In this document: positions 37,901-52,005 of the stretch, in pieces
Position numbering within the stretch: position 1 is the first letter of the stretch
Layout: each line of letters opens with the position of its first letter
The notes under the pieces: generated by a model
What the model saw: the letters and a program-made list of their open reading frames with translations, nothing else
What the model was told of the DNA's origin: nothing
The model's database searches: none
Made by a program: the position numbers and the translations under genes
Source of the DNA: an uncultured delta proteobacterium
GTDB lineage: Bacteria > Desulfobacterota > Binatia > UBA9968
Length of the DNA stretch: 64,000 nucleotides
Assembly (NCBI GenBank): GCA_963745835.1
Contig: CAVUZH010000015.1
Coordinates: 220,094 to 284,093 of the forward strand
Direction of reading: 5' to 3'

Positions 37901-40900
37901 ATCGATCTGTTTGTCTGTAAAGGGCCGCGTCTCCGAGCGATTGAGTGTGATGACACCCAGCAAGTCGTCTCCCCGGAGCATTGGCACGCCCAGGACGGCT
38001 CGATACGGTTGCACTTGCCAGGCCTGATAGGTGTATTCCGGGTCCGTCAAGATGTCCGGTATATGAATAGTTTGTCGTTCGAGTGCTGCCCTTGCGGTGA
38101 CGCTATCACGTCCAGGAACGATCGGGTTTCGCGCCACGAACTCTCGTAGCTCCAGGGAGACGTTGTAGGTAACCGCCAGGTTTAGCAGCCCGTTCTCAGA
38201 CCGGAGAATAAATGCCTGGTCTGCCGCGCATAGCCTCGCCGCGTTCTCAACCAGTGTCTCAAGCACCGGCTGCAAGTCGAAGGCCGATCGGCTTATGACC
38301 TTCAACACTTCGCTCGTTGCGGTCTGCTGGTCCAATGCTTCAGTCAGGTCACGGTTGCGTTCCTGCAATTCTTTGAACAGCCGCACGTTCTCAATGGCGA
38401 TGACGGCTTGGTCGGCGAAGGTCTTGAGTAGGGCGATTTGTTTCTCGGTAAACGGACGGACCTCCGTGCGCCGGATATGAATCACACCGATTGCAACACC
38501 CTCACGTAGTAGCGGGGTCGAAAGCATCGTACGAACACCTGCCCGCCTGGCTCGAATCGTAGTCTCCGGAAATTCACTTTCTATTGCGGCGATGTCCGGA
38601 ATATGGATTGTCTGCCGATCCAGTACGGCTCGGGCAGGCACCCAATCACGTCCTCGATCCAAGGAATCTACTTCGGCTCCCTCGGACTCCGAAAGCGAGG
38701 AGATGCGCCCCTGGTGAGCCATTAATCGGAGCAGGTTCCCTTGAACAAGGCGAATCGTCGCATCCTCCGCGCTACACACGCGCGCAGCGTTTTCTGCGAT
38801 GACATCCAGCACTGGCTGCAGCTCAGTCGGCGAGCTGGCAATCACGCCTAGTATTTCGCTCGTCGCGGTCTGTTGCTCTAACGACTCCTTTAGCTCTTGG
38901 AATAACCGGACGTTTTCAATCGCGATGACCGCCTGATCTGCGAAAGTTTCTAGGAGTTTGATCTGCGTCGGCGTAAAGGGGTTCACCTCAGTGCGACGGG
39001 CAGTCAGTGTTCCGATAAGTTCCCCCCGTTGACGAAGAGGAATGAGTAGAAAGGTGCGCGAGTACGAACGCAAGGTTGGGAAATCATTCTCCCGTGTACG
39101 AATATCGGGTATGTGAAGCGTGCCATGCTCGAATACCCAGCGAAGATGTAATTCATTTACACCAACCGTTTCGCGTCCAATAAATATGGGTACGAGACCA
39201 ATATGAGCCCGCGCAACCATCATATCTCCCTCTCGGAGCCGCAGCGTTACATCATCAATCCCACAGACCTTTGCCGCGCTCTGGACTATCGCATCGAGCA
39301 CCGGTTGTACATCCGTTGGCGAGCGGCTGATAATGCTTAACACTTCGGATGTCGCCGTCTGATGCTCCAGGGCCTCGCGCAGCTCGGTATTTCGCTCTTG
39401 TAATTCCTTGAACAGCCGGACGTTCTCGATGGCGATCAGCGCTTGATCTGCGAAGGTCTTCAAGAGTGTAATCTGCTTGTCAGTGAACGGACGGACCTCC
39501 GTCCGGCGGATCATAATGGCACCGATAGACACTCCCTCGCGCAATAACGGAACAGTCAGCAACGTCCGAATACCCAGACGCTCGTCGACGCGCCTTACCT
39601 CGTCGTAGTCCGCGTCGAGCACTGCCAGGCTGTCGTGGATGTGGACGGGCTCACGCTGGAGAATGGCTCGGCCAATCAGCCAACTGCGGTTGATCGGGCG
39701 CGTCTCGCCTACCTCAAGTACAGGGGAGATAATTCCGTGGCTTGCCACTTTCCGCATGGTATCGCCCTCAACGCGATAGATCTGAGCGTCACTTGAGTCA
39801 CACAATCGCGCGGCATTCTCGGCAACCACCTCCAACACCGGTTGAATGTCCGTCGGCGAGCTGGCAATAACGCCGAGTATTTCGCTAGTCGCTGTCTGCT
39901 GATCGAGAGCTTCGGTGAGGGCTTGGTTACGGTTTTGGAGCTCTTGGAGCAAGCGCACGTTCTCGATTGCGATTACTGCTTGGTCAGCGAAAGTCGTCAC
40001 CAGTTCAATTTGCTTATCAGTAAAAGGTTGGACCTCGGTCCTGCGGATTATAATCACTCCAATGAGAGTGCCCTCCCTAAGCATGGGCACTCCTAAAACA
40101 GTCCGCTGACCGCCAAGTCTGTGGGCTTCGCGAAAATATTCGGGGTCTGCCAGAGTATCGTGAATGTGAACAACTCTGTGTTCAAGCGCAACCCGACCTG
40201 CGGTAGTCTCTCGTCCTGGGCGAATCGGGTTCTTCTCAATATAATCTATCCACTCCCGGGGCACATTAAACGCAACCGCCGGTCGGAAGCCCGCGTCCTC
40301 CTGCCTCAATATGGCTCCTGAGGAGGCACAGCACAGCCTCGTGGCGTTTTCGATTAATGTTTCCAGCACAGGCTGAAGGTCAAAGGTTGAACGGCTGATC
40401 ACTTTAAGGACTTCGCTTGTCGCCGTTTGCTGCTCGAGCGCCTCGGTAAGTTGCACGTTAGATGTTTCGAGTTCTGCCGTTCTTTGCTGGAGCTCCTGGA
40501 ACAATCGGGTGTTCTCAATGGCGATAACGGCTTGATCGGCAAACGTCTGGACCAGCTCGATCTGCCGCTCAGTGAACGGCTCGACAAACTCGCGCCATAT
40601 GATGATGCCGCCAATTGGACTTTCTTCTCGCAGCAGAGGTATCGCTAGCACGGTTCGTGCGCCGGTCTGGCGTACAAACGAAGCGAGCGGTTCAGGTTCT
40701 AATTGGACGTCGAGAATATGAACAGGTCGGCGCTTGAGTAGCGCGCGGCCCGTCGGTGTGTCGGGGCCCAGGGGTAAAGGGTTAGCGCGCATGAAGCTGA
40801 TTCTGTCCTCGCTCTCGCCGTAGTGGGCTACCACTCGATAAAATTCGCCGTCTACTTGACGGACGTGACCCTTAGTTGCGCCGGATAACTTCACCGCGTT

Positions 40901-43228
40901 GGCGATGACTGTGTCGAGCACTGGTTGCAACTCGGTCGGTGAAGACGCAATGACCCGCAACACTTCACCAGTTGCAGTCTGCTGTTCCAGTGCTTCGGTG
41001 AGATCGCGGTTGCGCTCCTGCAGTTCCTTGAACAGCCGAACGTTTTCGATTGCGATGACCGCCTGGTCGGCGAATGTTTTGAGAAGAGCGATCTGCTTAT
41101 CAGAGAAAGGACGAACCTCGGTGCGCCTCATAGTGATGGCGCCAATGGTAACCTCCTCACGTAGAAGCGGGACGGACAGGATTGTCCGAACACCCTCGCG
41201 CTGGCTGGTATCCCAGATATCCCCGTAGTCTTCTTCCCGCTCGGCTCGGAAATCGTGGATGTGAATTGTTTGCCGTTCGATGATAGCACGACCACTGACG
41301 GACCCACGGCTGATGGGTCGCTTCTCTCCCATCTCTATGAAGCTGATCACGGTTCCGTAACCCGCCACTCTTCTCATGCCGTCGCCGTCGACACGTAGGA
41401 TCTGAGCATCGGCGGATTCACATAAACGCGCAGCACTCTCAGCAACCGTGTCGAGAACAGGCTGGATATCAGTCGGTGAGCTGCTAATCACCCGCAGGAT
41501 CTCTCCTGTCGCAGTCTGCTGCTCCAAAGCTTCGGTCAGTTCTCGATTCCTGGTTTGCAGTTCCTGAAACAACCGTACATTCTCGATGGCAATTACAGCC
41601 TGATCAGCGAAGGTCTTGAGCAGAGCGATTTGCTTTTCGGTGAATGGACGTACCTCAGTACGACGAATCAAAATGGCCCCAATGGCGAGCCCCTCACGCA
41701 GCAACGGCACGACTAGACATGAGCGAAGTACTGTCTGATTATTTCCCGGTCTCCTACCTCCTCGCGCATCCGGGAACTCCGTTGCACGAACCGCTTCGAG
41801 ATCGGGGATATGAATGATTTGTCGGTCGATAACCGCCCGGCCGCCTGGTATGCGACGAGTGAGCCGCCGCTTTTCACCAAACGTCGGGGGCAGCGGCCCA
41901 TATGAAGCGACGGTCATAAAAAACTCACCCTCAACGCGCTGGATTTGAGCGTCGTTTGCTTCACATATGCGTGCCGCGTTCTCGGCGATGACATCCAACA
42001 CCGGCTGGATATCCGTCGGTGAGCTAGCAATAACACCCAGAATCTCACTCGTGGCAGTCTGCTGCTCCAATGACTCCTTTAGTTCTTGGAAGAGCCGAAC
42101 GTTCTCGATCGCGATGACTGCCTGATCGGCGAAGGTTTCGAGGAGTTTGATCTGTGCCGGCGTGAAGGGGCGCACTTCAGTGCGGCGCGCAGCCAACGTT
42201 CCAATGAGTTCCCCCTGCTGTCGCAGGGGGATGATCAAAAAGGTGCGCACACTACCGGCACCGGCAGAAACGATTAACGGGAAATCATCCTGATCGCGTA
42301 CGTCGCGAATGTGGAGCGCACCGTGCTCACGCACCCAACGAGCAATCGGCTCATCGATACTGACCTTGGCGCGGGCGATGGGTATCGGACCAAAATGGGC
42401 CCGCGAAATCACCACGTCCCCCTCATGAAGTCGCAGGTGCACATCATCGATGTCGCAAACCCGCGCCGCGCTCTCGACAATGGCGTCGAGGACCGGCTGC
42501 ACATCAGTCGGCGAGCGGCTGATGATACCCAGGACCTCAGAGGTCGCTGTCTGATGTTCCAAGGCTTCGCGCAATTCAGCGTTGCGCTCGCCGAGTTCTC
42601 CGAAGAGTCGCACATTCTCGATGGCGATTACGGCTTGATCGGCGAAAGTTTCGAGCAGCTTGATTTGCTTTTCGGAGAAAGGACAAACTTCCGTGCGGCG
42701 GATGTGGATCGCTCCAATGACATTTCCTTCGCGTAACAACGGTGCCGCGAGGGCTGTCCGAACGCCCACCGCGATTCCACGGGTCTTGGCGCGTGGAAAA
42801 TCAGAGGCGGCTGCCACGAGATCGTGCACGTGGATGGTTTGCCCATCGACCACCGCCCTCCCGGCAGGAGTGTCACGATCGATGACATGCCCCCCGCCCT
42901 CAACCACCACCGTGGGTATCGGTCCGAAGTGAGCAGCGAGCACTAAAACGTTGTCGCTCACTCGCCAAACAATCGCGTCATCCGCGCTGCACAATCGAGC
43001 AGCGCTTTCGGCAATCGCGTCCAAGACTGACTGCAGATCACCGGACGCGCGCGCAATCATGCGCAGGATATCGCTGGTGCCCGATTGTTGTTCTAAAGAT
43101 TCGCCGAGATCGCGGTCGCGTGCTTGCAATTTGCGCCGTAGCTCTGTGTTCTCCCGGCGTAGCTGGGCGTTAGCCGCCTTCAGGGAAGGGCTTCGTGTCT
43201 TCGACGGCGGTCGTTTGGTTGTCGGCAT
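34982..43228 (-). CDS. Poly-GAF histidine kinase HK3 (14 GAF + HisKA + HATPase, about 2750 aa); indel near 35185
   Basis: Single 2748-aa ORF with 14 copies of the (A/S)xxAIEN.RL GAF end; SHELRTPL; NAIKFT; GTGLGLAL in the shifted frame; no transmembrane segment seen. Confidence 0.95.
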   Translation of the reverse strand: MPTTKRPPSKTRSPSLKAANAQLRRENTELRRKLQARDRDLGESLEQQSGTSDILRMIARASGDLQSVLDAIAESAARLCSADDAIVWRVSDNVLVLAAHFGPIPTVVVEGGGHVIDRDTPAGRAVVDGQTIHVHDLVAAASDFPRAKTRGIAVGVRTALAAPLLREGNVIGAIHIRRTEVCPFSEKQIKLLETFADQAVIAIENVRLFGELGERNAELREALEHQTATSEVLGIISRSPTDVQPVLDAIVESAARVCDIDDVHLRLHEGDVVISRAHFGPIPIARAKVSIDEPIARWVREHGALHIRDVRDQDDFPLIVSAGAGSVRTFLIIPLRQQGELIGTLAARRTEVRPFTPAQIKLLETFADQAVIAIENVRLFQELKESLEQQTATSEILGVIASSPTDIQPVLDVIAENAARICEANDAQIQRVEGEFFMTVASYGPLPPTFGEKRRLTRRIPGGRAVIDRQIIHIPDLEAVRATEFPDARGGRRPGNNQTVLRSCLVVPLLREGLAIGAILIRRTEVRPFTEKQIALLKTFADQAVIAIENVRLFQELQTRNRELTEALEQQTATGEILRVISSSPTDIQPVLDTVAESAARLCESADAQILRVDGDGMRRVAGYGTVISFIEMGEKRPISRGSVSGRAIIERQTIHIHDFRAEREEDYGDIWDTSQREGVRTILSVPLLREEVTIGAITMRRTEVRPFSDKQIALLKTFADQAVIAIENVRLFKELQERNRDLTEALEQQTATGEVLRVIASSPTELQPVLDTVIANAVKLSGATKGHVRQVDGEFYRVVAHYGESEDRISFMRANPLPLGPDTPTGRALLKRRPVHILDVQLEPEPLASFVRQTGARTVLAIPLLREESPIGGIIIWREFVEPFTERQIELVQTFADQAVIAIENTRLFQELQQRTAELETSNVQLTEALEQQTATSEVLKVISRSTFDLQPVLETLIENATRLCCASSGAILRQEDAGFRPAVAFNVPREWIDYIEKNPIRPGRETTAGRVALEHRVVHIHDTLADPEYFREAHRLGGQRTVLGVPMLREGTLIGVIIIRRTEVQPFTDKQIELVTTFADQAVIAIENVRLLQELQNRNQALTEALDQQTATSEILGVIASSPTDIQPVLEVVAENAARLCDSSDAQIYRVEGDTMRKVASHGIISPVLEVGETRPINRSWLIGRAILQREPVHIHDSLAVLDADYDEVRRVDERLGIRTLLTVPLLREGVSIGAIMIRRTEVRPFTDKQITLLKTFADQALIAIENVRLFKELQERNTELREALEHQTATSEVLSIISRSPTDVQPVLDAIVQSAAKVCGIDDVTLRLREGDMMVARAHIGLVPIFIGRETVGVNELHLRWVFEHGTLHIPDIRTRENDFPTLRSYSRTFLLIPLRQRGELIGTLTARRTEVNPFTPTQIKLLETFADQAVIAIENVRLFQELKESLEQQTATSEILGVIASSPTELQPVLDVIAENAARVCSAEDATIRLVQGNLLRLMAHQGRISSLSESEGAEVDSLDRGRDWVPARAVLDRQTIHIPDIAAIESEFPETTIRARRAGVRTMLSTPLLREGVAIGVIHIRRTEVRPFTEKQIALLKTFADQAVIAIENVRLFKELQERNRDLTEALDQQTATSEVLKVISRSAFDLQPVLETLVENAARLCAADQAFILRSENGLLNLAVTYNVSLELREFVARNPIVPGRDSVTARAALERQTIHIPDILTDPEYTYQAWQVQPYRAVLGVPMLRGDDLLGVITLNRSETRPFTDKQIDLVTTFADQAVIAIENTRLLQELQNRNRDLSEALEQQTATSEILRVIAGSPTDIQPVLDVVAENAARLCEASDSQILRVDGDVLRIIASRGSITVPSSVRAEGVPVRRDIVAGRAVLDRRTIHVEDLAAEVDGEFAGAKGLQQATGQRATLSTPLLREGVPIGAILIRRMEVRPFSEKQIKLLETFADQAVIAIENVRLFQELQARNRDLSEALEQQTATSEVLKVISRSTFDLEPVLQTLIENAARLCEAQIASIHRVEGDNLPLGAAYGHSPELLDFIKRNPPRIGRGTVTGRVVLERQVVHISDARADSEYHYVEQIECFRAITGVPLLREGVPIGVIVIARTDARPFTARQIDLVTTFADQAVIAIENVRLLQELQSRNRELTEALEQQTATSDVLNVIAHSPIALERVYEAILANTTRLCEANIASLFLYDGEVLSTAASHGTTQEFAEHLEHSRPRPSRETTTRLAALERRTVHVSDLLSDQAFSPQPRQLYEKENVRTVLSVPMLREDKLIGVITTWRREVRPFSDKQIALVKTFADQAVIAIENVRLFQEIQERTRELQLSLEEVGALSEVSRAVSSSLNLHEVLSRVAGHAVNLSKSDGCGIFEFNPVRHAFDVVASHNLSREFLESVQTTTIDLGKTTIGQAADRGQPIQVPDMTNAYGHPFRDFTLKAGFLSVLTVPMRGDGVTRGIVLLRRSPGSFDDRVVNLLTALASQSKVAIENARLFSEIEDKGRQIEAANRHKSEFLANMSHELRTPLNAIIGFSEVLLDPALRVSEEERMQFLTDVLGSGKHLLGLINEVLDLAKIEAGKMELQIDRALMQDVVEAVANTMRSLATKKGIQLRIDSDERLAPFSMDGARVKQVLLNLVGNAIKFTPEGGKVWIRTGRKDGFVCVEVGDNGTGDRSGRSRKNLPGISTGRQRSRKTAGHRPGAGPGKEVHRDAWGKYLAGERGWKGQPILFYAADR

Positions 43229-43320
43229 CCGTTACCTATTTTGTTCTCAACCTTGGCCGCTTTGCGCCTTTGCGAGAGTAAATTTTCTTTTCCAACGCCT
43301 AACTCCTTACCCTTCACGCC

Positions 43321-46300
43321 TTACGCTGCGTGGATGGGTAGGGTGAAGGTGAACGAGGAGCCTTTCCCCGCTTCGCTCTCCACCCAGATTCTTCCGCCGT
43401 GCAGCTCGACAAACTTCTTCGCCAGCGCGAGCCCGAGTCCGGTGCCTTGAGGCTTGCCAGCGTCCCTGCCCACTTGCTGAAATTCGAGAAAAATCCGTTC
43501 TCGATCCGCCGGCGGGATTCCTGGTCCCGTGTCGCTCACCTCAATCTGCACCTCGTCGTCCGCGGCGTTAGCCCGGACCCATACTTTGCCCGTGTCCGGA
43601 GTGAACTTGACCGCATTGCCTACAAGATTCAAAAGCACCTGCTTTATTCGGGCACCGTCCATCGCAATCGGAGCCAAACGTTCGTCGCACTGGGCGCGAA
43701 GGTCGATGGATTTCTTGACCGCTAGCGGTCGCATTGTATTGGAAACGGCGTCGATGACGTCTTGCAACAGCGCAGGCTCGATCTGCAGTTCCATTTTGCC
43801 GGCTTCGACCTTGGCCAGATCGAGAATCTCATTGATTAGACTGAGCAGGTGCTTGCCGCTGTCCAAAACATCGGTCAGGAATTGCAACCGATCCTCGTCG
43901 GTCACCGGCATGGCCGGATCGAGCAGCACTTCGGAAAAACCGATGATCGCGTTGAGCGGCGTGCGCAGTTCGTGCGACATGTTGGCGAGGAATTCAGATT
44001 TATGGCGGTTGGCGGCTTCGATCTGTCTGCTTTTGTCTTCGATCTCGCGGAACAGCCGGGCGTTTTGGATCGCCAAGGCCGATTGTGTGGCAAAAGTCTT
44101 TAAAAGCTCGATCACTTCGGGCGGAAACTCGCCCGCGGATTTCCTCCGTACCACCAGCCCGCCAATGATGCGGTCTTCACGCAAAAGCGGCACGGCGAGG
44201 CTGGCGCGAAAACCGAAGCGCGCCAGCAGCGCGCGCATACGCGGAGCGTAGGCACGGCTATCCTCGATATCGGCAATTTGAATCGGCTCACGGCTCAAAG
44301 CGGCCCGGCCGACGACCCCGTCGCCCAGCCGCGGCGGATTGGCCGTCAGCGTCGATCAGCTCTTCTTCCATATGATCGGTGGCGCGCAGCAGAAACTCTT
44401 CCGACTGCTCGTCATACTCGTAGATCGCGCCGCCGTCCGTGCCGCTCAGTTGCACCGCGTGGGACACAATCCGCGTCAGCACGGTCTCGAGGTCCAAAGT
44501 GGAGCTCACCGCCTGACCGACCTCGCCGAGAAGCTTTCGAAATCGCATCACGGGTGCTGCTGCAACTCTTGCAGCAGCCGTACGTTTTCGATTGCGATCA
44601 CTGCTTGGTCGGCGAGAGGTTTGAGGAGACGATCTGCGGCGTTAGCACGGTCTGCGAGATCCAAAGTCGAGCTGAACAGCTGATGATGCCGAGACTTCCG
44701 CCGTAGCGCTCTGAGTTCTCCAACGGATTCGCGCCAGTTCCTTCGTTCGTTCGACTGTAACTCGGTGAATAGCCGTACGTTTTCGATGGCGATGACAGCC
44801 TGCGTAGGCAAAGGTCTTGAGCAAGGGCGATCTGCTTTTCGGTGAAGGGACTGAACTTCCGTGCGCCGGATGACGATTACGCCGATGGCCAGTCCCCTCA
44901 CGAAGCAATGGAGTGACGAGTAACGGTTCGAATACCCGGCCCGCAGCTGGGGCTTGTGTTGTCCGGGAACTCAGTTTCCGCGTCTGCGGCTGAAGTCATG
45001 GACATGGATTGTTTCCTCGCTCGAGGAAAGCGCTCGTTGCCGGACATCGCTTTTGATCAATAGGTATGTATCGTCCCGGCCGGCAACGGGAATCGTGCCG
45101 CAAGACGCCGCCAGACGAAGTGAATCGCCATCAAGCAAGCCGAATGTGGCGTCATCGGTTGCATCGCATACCCGAGCGGCGCTTTCCGCAATGGCGTCCA
45201 AGCACCGGCTGAATATCTGTCGGCGAGCTGGCGATCACGCCCAAGATCTCACTGGTCGCGTCTGCTGCTCCAACGACTCTTTTAATTCCTGAAACAGCCG
45301 GACGTTTTCGATGGCGATCACCGCTTGGTCGGCGAAGGTTTCGAGAAGCTTGATCTGCGCCGGCGTGAAGGGACGCACCTCGGTGCGACGCGCGGACAGT
45401 GTTCCAATAAATTCCCCTTGCTGACGAAGAGGAACGAACAAAAGGTGCGCCAGAGCCGCTGGAACCCAAGATCGGAAAATCGTTTTGCGTGCGGACGTCG
45501 GGAACGTGAAGCGTGCCATGCTCGCGCATCCAGTGAAACTGTGGCTCATCAATACTGATCTCGACGCGGTCACACGGGTACAGGCCCAAAATGAGCCCGC
45601 GAAACCATAATGTTCCCCTCGCGCAGTCGCAGATGCACATCATCGATCCCACAAACCCGCGCCGCGCTCTCGACAATGGCATCGAGCACCGGCTGCACGT
45701 CGGTCGGCGAGCGGCTGATGATGCCGAGCACCTCGGACGTCGCGGTCTGATGCTCCAGCGCCTCGCGCAGTTCCGCATTCCGCTCTTGAGCTCTTTGAAC
45801 AGCCGGACGTTCTCGATGGCGATGACCGCCTGCAGCGAAGGTCTTCAGAGCGCGATTTGCTTGTCCGTGAAAGGACGGACCTCCGTTCGACGAATCCTGA
45901 TAGCCCCGATGGCAATCCCCTCCCGCAGCAACGGAGTGACAAGCAAACGTTCGGATGCCAGCCTGCGCTGTGCGGCTTGTCCGGAAACTCCGTTTCACGC
46001 CGCAAGATCATGGATATGGATTGTCTGGCGCTCGAAAATGGCTCGGCCTGCCGACCGAGCCGCGAACTAACGGCCGTAGAGCTCTGTCCCCGAACCAGCA
46101 TCGGTATCGCTCCGAAATGCGCGACTGGCATGAAGCATCTCCCCTTCGATGCGAATCGTGGCGTCATCTGCGTCGCACAGACGGGCCGCGCTCTCGGCCA
46201 TCGTATCTAGCACTGGCTGAATATCAGTCGGCGAGCTGGCGATGACACCCAAAATCTCACTCGTCGCCGTTTGCTGCTCCAACGACTCCTTGAGTTCTTG

Positions 46301-49300
46301 AAACAGCCGCACGTTCTCAATGGCGATGACCGCCTGTCAGCGAACGTCTCCAATAGCTTGATCTGCGCAGGGGTAAAGGGACGTACTTCAATACGCCGCG
46401 CGCCCAGAGATCCAATGACCTCGCCCTGCTGACGAAGGGGAGCGGCCAAGAAGGTGCGCCAGCGACCGGAGGAACCCAACATTGGGAAATCGTTCTGATC
46501 GAGGACATCAGGAATGTGCAGCGTGCCGTGCTCCCGCATCCAGTGAAACCTTGGATCATCACTACTGATCTCAACGCGGCCGATGGGTATCGGACCAAAA
46601 TGAGCCCGTGTAACCGCACTGTTCCCCTCGTGGAGTCGCAGTACCACATCATCAATGCCGCAAACCCGAGCCGCGCTCTCGACGATGGCGTCGAGCACCG
46701 GCTGCACGTCGGTGGGCGAGCGACTGATGATGCCGAGCACCTCGGATGTTGCGGTCTGATGCTCTAGGGCTTCGCGCAGCTCCGCGTTGCGCTCCTGGAT
46801 TTCTTTGAACAATCGAACATTCTCGATAGCGATGACGGCTTGGTCGGCGAAGGTTTTAACCAACTCGACTTGCCGCTCGGTAAACGGCTCAACGAAGTCA
46901 CGCCAAATTACGATTACTCCGATAGCCATTCCCTCTCGCAGCAATGGTATTGACAACAACGTTCTCGCTCCACGCTGTGCGGCGAGACTGTTCGGGCCAC
47001 GCTCTGTTGCAGCATCCGCAATCTGTATGGCCCTTCGCTCCCTGAATGCGCGATTTGTTGAAGTCGAACTTCCAAAAACACGTCCCGGTCGGCTCTGAAG
47101 CAAGGCGACTTCTTCAGCGGTCTCGCCATAATGGGCGACGACCCGTAGAAGCTCGCCATCGAGTTGACGGACATGACCTTTTGTTGCGCCGGATAATTTC
47201 ACAGCATTGGCTATGAGAGTATTCAGCACCGGCTGAAGGTCCGTGGGCGAGGAAGCGATAACCCGCAGCACTTCACCGGTTGCCGTCTGTTGCTCCAACG
47301 CCTCGGTCAGATCGCGGTTGCGCGTTTCGAGTTCGTCGAACAGCCGCACGTTCTCGATCGCGATCACGGCTTGGTCGGCGAAGGTTTCGAGCAGCTTGAT
47401 CTGCGCCGGGGTGAAGGGGCGCACTTCCACGCGACGCGCGTTCAACGCTCCAATAAATTCCCCCTGCTGACGAAGGGGAGCGGCCAAGAAAGTGCGAACT
47501 CCGGTGCCGGAACCCATGCGTTGGAAAATCGTTTTGCTCGCGGACATCGGGAACGTGCAGCGTGCCATGCTCGTGCATCCAGCGAATGTGTGGCTCATCA
47601 ATACTGATCTCGACGCGGCCAATTGGGTATGGGACCAAAATGAGCCCGCGGAACCATGTAGTCCCCGTCGCGTGAGTCGCAGCACCACATCATCGATCCC
47701 ACAAACCCGTGCCGCACTCTCCACGATAGCGTCGAGCACCGGCTGCACGTCCGTCGGTGACCGGCTGATGATGCCGAGCACCTCCGATGTTGCCGTCTGA
47801 TGCTCCAGCGCCTCGCGCAACTCCGCATTGCGCTCCTGGATTTCCTTGAACAACCGCACGTTCTCGATGGCGATGACAGCCTGATCCGCGAAGGTTTCCA
47901 GGAGCCTGATCTGTTTATCGGAGAAAGGATGTACTTCCAGTGCGTCGAATCAAAATAGCTCCGACGGCCACTCCTTCACGCAGAAGCGGAACCGCGAGAC
48001 AAGTCCGAATGCCTAGACGCTCGTCAGCTTGCCTAACTTCGGCATAGTCGTCATCAAGCACGGCGAGACTGTCATGAATGTGGACGGGTTCACGCTGAAG
48101 AATAGCTCGGTCGATCACCCATGCTCGATGTTTGATCGGGCAAGTCTCCCCGACGGCGAGAATAGGGGGGACAACGCCATGACTTGCCACTTTTCTCACC
48201 AGAACTTTCTCAAGACGATAAATCTGAGCATCTTGTGACTCGCATAGATGGGCTGCGCTGCTCGCGATAGTGTCCAGTACCGGCTGGATATCCGTCGGCG
48301 AGCTGGCGATTGACTCCGAGAATCTCGCTAGTCGCCGTCTGTTGCTCCAATGACTCCTTGAGCTCCTGGAACAGTCGCACATTCTCGATCGCGATGACCG
48401 CTTGGTCGGCAAAAGTTTCCAGAAGTTTGATCTGCGCCGGCGTGAAGGGACGCACTTCCATGCGACGCGCGCCCAGTGTTCCAATAAGTTCTCCCTGCTG
48501 ACGAAGGGGAACGCGTAAGAGGGTGCGCGTGCCGGCAGACCGCACCTAGCATTGGGAAATCGTTCTGCGCAAGCACGTCGGGAATGTGGAGCGTGCCATG
48601 CTCGCGCATCCAGCTGATACCGTGGCTCATCGATACTGAATCGACCCGGCCAACGGGTACGGGGCCAAAATGAGCCCGCGGTACCATAGTCTTACCCTCG
48701 TGGAGTCGCAGCACGACGTCATCGATTCCGCAAACCCGTGCCGCACTCTCGACGATAGCGTCCAGGACCGGCTGTACGTCCGTCGGCGAGCGGCTGATGA
48801 TACCGAGCACCTCGGACGTTGCCGTCTGATGCTCCAGGGCCTCGCGCAATTCCGCGTTGCGCTCTTGAAGTTCTTTGAACAGCCGGACGTTTTCAATCGC
48901 GATCACAGCCTGAGAAGCGAAGGTTTTAAGCAGCGCAATCTGCTTCTCGGAAAATGGCTGAACCACAGTACGCCGAATGATAATGACGCCGATCGGCTGG
49001 TTCTCGCGCATGAGGGGCGCGGCAAGCACGGTTCGGATACCAAGGCGCTCTGTGACGGCGACCGTTTCCGGAAACTCTTTTGCCACGACCGCTTGCAGAT
49101 CTTCAATTTGAATGATTTCGCGGTCGAATACCGCTCGACCGACAAGCGAGTTGCGATCGATCGGTCGTAGCGAGTCTTCTATGCGGATCGAGCCATGATG
49201 GGCGGCCAGTCGCAGTCCATCATCCTCTACAAGCCGAATTGCTGCGTCATTGGCGCTGCACACCTGCGCGGCGCTTTTGGCTATTGTGTCCAACACCGGC

Positions 49301-50017
49301 TGAATGTCGGTCGGTGAGCTGGCGATGACACCCAAGATCTCACTCGTCGCCGTCTGTTGCTCTAACGATTCCTTGAGTTCCTGGAACAGCCGAACGTTCT
49401 CTATCGCGATGACCGCTTGGTCAGCGAAGGTTTCGAGCAGCTTGATCTCCGTTGGAGTGAAGGGGTGCACCTCGGTGCGGCGTGCGTACAGGGCCCCAAT
49501 AAACTCCCCCTGCTGACGAAGCGGAACACCCAAGTAAGTGCACCAAACGCCGCGAGAGCTAGGCCGCAAAGCGAAGAAATCGTTCTGCGCCCGGACATCG
49601 GGAACGTGGATGCGTGCCATGCTCCCGCATCCAACGCCAATGTGGCTCGTCGATACTGTTGTCGCGACCGACGGGTATGGACCCTAAATGAGCCCGCGGA
49701 ACCATCGCATTGCCTTCAACGAGCCGCAGCACGACGTCATCGATGCCGCAAACCCGCGCCGCGCTCTCGACGATGGCGTCGAGGACCGGCTGCACGTCTG
49801 TGGGCGAGCGACTGATGATGCCGAGCACCTCAGAGGTTGCTGCCTGATGCTCCAGCGCTTCGGCGAGCTGACGCTTACAATCCTGCGCCTCTTTGGCTGA
49901 CTCGGCGAGCTGGCGGCGCAGCTCCGCCATAGTTTGTGCATTTTCAACCGGGGAGTTTTTCACCGCATTTCGGGGCGGTTTTGCTCTGTTGCTCTTAGAG
50001 CCTTTTTTGCTCGCCAT
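43321..50017 (-). CDS. Poly-GAF histidine kinase HK4 (about 11 GAF + HisKA + HATPase); many indels
   Basis: MASKKGSK start; repeated GAF linkers; intact kinase core in ORF 43321-44298 ([26 protein letters not shown]). Confidence 0.85.
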
Positions 50018-50089
50018 AACATCCAGCCGGAGATTTGTTTTTCATTGGGAGTTGATTTTCGTCGTCCCAACCTGCCGAATCCAATTGAA

Positions 50090-51339
50090 TTAAAAAGATC
50101 GACTCAAACCTCCGTTTTGTCTCGCGGCGATCTGTTCAGCCAGATAAGCCGCGTCTTCCGCAGGTCCGCCAAAAGATAGAAAACCCGATTTCTGTTTGTA
50201 GAGCCAGCGCAACCCGACAAAATAGATTCCCGGAAATTGTGTGACGCCACGCTCGTGCACAGGTTCGCCGCGCTCGTCGAGAAGCGGTAGTTTTAACCAA
50301 TCGTAGTCGTTGCCGAAACCCGTTGCCCAGATGATCGAAGTAATTCCCGCGGACTTGAGATCCAGTTCCAGAATCGGCGCCGATGCGCTGCCTTCCAGAC
50401 GGGGGGATGAGTCCGTTGGGAAATCCAATTTGTTTTTGGCGACGTAGTCATCCACCGATTTCTTGAAGTTGGCGAGCCACTCGTCTCCTTTGGCGAGGTT
50501 GTCTTCCAAGTCGGGAGCCAAAGCGAGTTTAGTTCCCTTGACGGCTTTTAACCGGCCCAACAAAACGATTCCCTTTGAAGCCAACTCCCGCCAGTCGGCC
50601 TCGTAGCCGCCATTGACGCCGGTCAACAACGGTCCCGGCTGAGAGATCACCGACGACTCCGCGCGCCGACGCTCGAACAGTCCCAGCTCGAATGCCCACC
50701 AGGCGTAGTCGCGTCCGCGGTAGCATCGCGCAAGGCGCCGATGGCGACCCATGCAGACGTAGACTTGTCGACCGTTTTGATGCAAGGTCTTCAGCGATTT
50801 GAAAGCCCGATGCGCCGCTCCCCACGACCAGTACGGCCCCCGGCGGCAATTCACCGGCATTGCGGTATGCGCTCGAATGCAGCTGGCGGATGCCGTTCGG
50901 CACATCGGAACTGAACGGTGGAATGACACCCTTTTCGCGCTGTCCGGTGGCAATGACCACATTGCTGGCTTCAATGGCGCCCGCGTTCGTGCGCAGCAAA
51001 TAGGGCATCGAATTTGACGAGTTCTCCAACGCGGTGACGTCGACGCCGCATCCTCACTGGGGCTTTTATGAAATCGGCGTATTCTTGAATAAATCGAACG
51101 ATTTCCCGGCCCGGGACAAAGCCGTCGGGATCTTCAGTTTGATATTTGTAGCCGGGCAGCTCGATGGTCCAGTTGGGAAATTGAAAATGGAACGAGTCCC
51201 ACCGTTCGCTGATCCAGCGCTCACCCACCCGTCCCCGCTCGACAATCACATGTTCGAGACCGCGTTGACTGAGAAAATAACTCATCGTCAGGCCGGCATG
51301 GCCAGCGCCGATGATGACTGTATCGATCTTTTCGTTCAT
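50090..51339 (-). CDS. Flavin-containing monooxygenase-like oxidoreductase (CzcO/TrkA-like); two or more indels
   Basis: IGAGHAG, ERWDSF, VIATG, LVVGSGASG.QIAE, IWATGF and GIYFVGL motifs across three ORFs. Confidence 0.9.
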
Positions 51340-51789
51340 AGCGATCTCCTTAAGTTAGCCGTCACATGCTTCGATCCGGCCGAGACTTTTGGGGAGCGAC
51401 CTTCGCTTCGCGGTCGAGCATGGCGCGGCCAAGGTGAAGACGCGATCAATTTCATCATCCTCCTCTTGAACTTGCCGCATCGGATCGATCCAAAGTGTGC
51501 AACGACGTGCTTGACCTTGCCGTCGACCCGCCACACCACGGCGTCGACTGCATCGCACAATTCCGCGGCGTTCTGGGCAATGGCATCCATCACCGATTGT
51601 AAGTTGGTTCCGGTAGCGGCGATCATGCTGAAGCCATCGCTGATGGCCTGCAGGATGATCGAAGGCTTCAGCGAGCTCACGATCGCGAGATGTGAGCTGC
51701 TCGGTGAGGCGGCGCAACTGCTCTTTGAGTCGGCTTAGTTCGCGGGTGAGCGGCCTCTTTTTCTTTGTTTTGATTACAAGGCGGGGCAT
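51336..51789 (-). pseudogene. Truncated N-terminal fragment of a fifth poly-GAF kinase
   Basis: Basic tail and coiled coil, then NLQSVMDAIAQNAAELCDAVDAVVWRVDG...AHFGSI like GAF1 of HK1-HK3; similarity then ends. Confidence 0.75.
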
Positions 51790-52005
51790 GTGGAGCTCCT
51801 AACCGTTAATAGGAGGAGAGAACTTTTCTTCGGCCATCACGAGGTAGGCCGGCAAAAAGGCACGGGTCTTATCGGTTCGAGAGCCTACTCGAGCGCGAAC
51901 TTCGCTGTCAACCATGCCTATTCGTGTTCGTTCATAGAATTCTCTTGGCGTTCTCCGCGCCTGCGGTGAATGATCCCACCGACCCTCGTAACGCTCCGCA
52001 CTAGA

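Noticed and set aside
44530-44800. Extra mini-module in HK4 (duplicated AIENVRL and SSTLDL pieces)
   Set aside because: Garbled, out-of-frame mosaic of neighbouring motifs; most likely a consensus artefact that may hide a missing GAF
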